Origin: an uncultured Candidatus Bathyarchaeia archaeon
GTDB lineage: Archaea > Thermoproteota > Bathyarchaeia > Bathyarchaeales > B24-2
Reading direction: 5' to 3'
Length of the DNA: 25,191 nucleotides
Assembly (NCBI GenBank): GCA_964536595.1
Contig: CAZHYI010000001.1
Location: 1-25,191 of the forward strand
Within the stretch, counting starts at the first letter, position 1. The number at the start of each line of letters is the position of its first letter. Shown here piece after piece: positions 24,868 to 25,191 of the stretch. The translations under genes and the position numbers were made by a program. A model generated the notes under the pieces. The model was not told where the DNA came from and did no database searches. It saw only the letters and a list, made by a program, of their open reading frames with translations.

Positions 24868-25191
24868 GAAGAAGGTATGGACCTTAGGGTATGGTGGTCG
24901 CTCTAGAGAGGAAGTCGCTGAGATCTTAAAGCAACTAAGAATTAAAGTTCTAGTTGATGTCAGGAGATTCCCTAGATCAAAGATTATGGAATTCAATGGT
25001 GAAGTTATGAGGGATTGGCTTAGAGATTTAGGCGTGAATTATGTTTGGATGGGTGAGGAATTAGGTGGATTTGTTAAGGGAGGCTACTCAAAATATACGG
25101 AGACTGAAACCTTCAGAAGAGGAATACGGAAGCTTACGCAATATATAAAGGACTTCCGAGTAGTAATCATGTGTATGGAAAAGAAGCCCCG
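24839..25191 (+). CDS. DUF488-family protein, 3'-truncated by the window edge
   Basis: Hand translation MLTNILKSDRKKVWTLGYGGRSREE...LVDVRRFPRSK...WMGEELGG...IMCMEKKP matches the DUF488 pattern. The only nearby in-frame start overlaps the glyA end by 29 nt. Confidence 0.85.
   Translation, partial: MLTNILKSDRKKVWTLGYGGRSREEVAEILKQLRIKVLVDVRRFPRSKIMEFNGEVMRDWLRDLGVNYVWMGEELGGFVKGGYSKYTETETFRRGIRKLTQYIKDFRVVIMCMEKKP

Overview
Archaeal core-genome housekeeping region, about 40% GC by eye. Gene order and protein styles suggest a TACK archaeon, probably Bathyarchaeia; this is an inference. From left to right: the 3' part of a his operon (hisD partial, hisC, a HAD hydrolase, hisB). It converges on a ~16 kb minus-strand translation cluster, listed in transcription order: rnp4, rps19e, PDCD5-like, rpl39e, rpl31e, eIF6, rpl18a, pfdA, ftsY, dtdA, secE, spt5, rpl11, rpl1, rpl10, rpl12, alaS, leuS, tRNA-Arg(UCU), argS. 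Then come nep1, a DUF2070 membrane protein, secG, pdaD, glyA and a partial DUF488 gene. Read by hand and absent from the ORF track: rpl39e, secE, secG, the DUF488 gene, a tRNA-Arg(UCU) with two introns, and a 26-codon Arg-rich ORF between that tRNA and argS whose stop overlaps the likely argS start (TGATG). The tRNA-Arg / Arg-rich uORF / argS unit is the best candidate for an undescribed regulatory system, but it is unproven. I saw no mobile elements, CRISPR arrays or rRNA.
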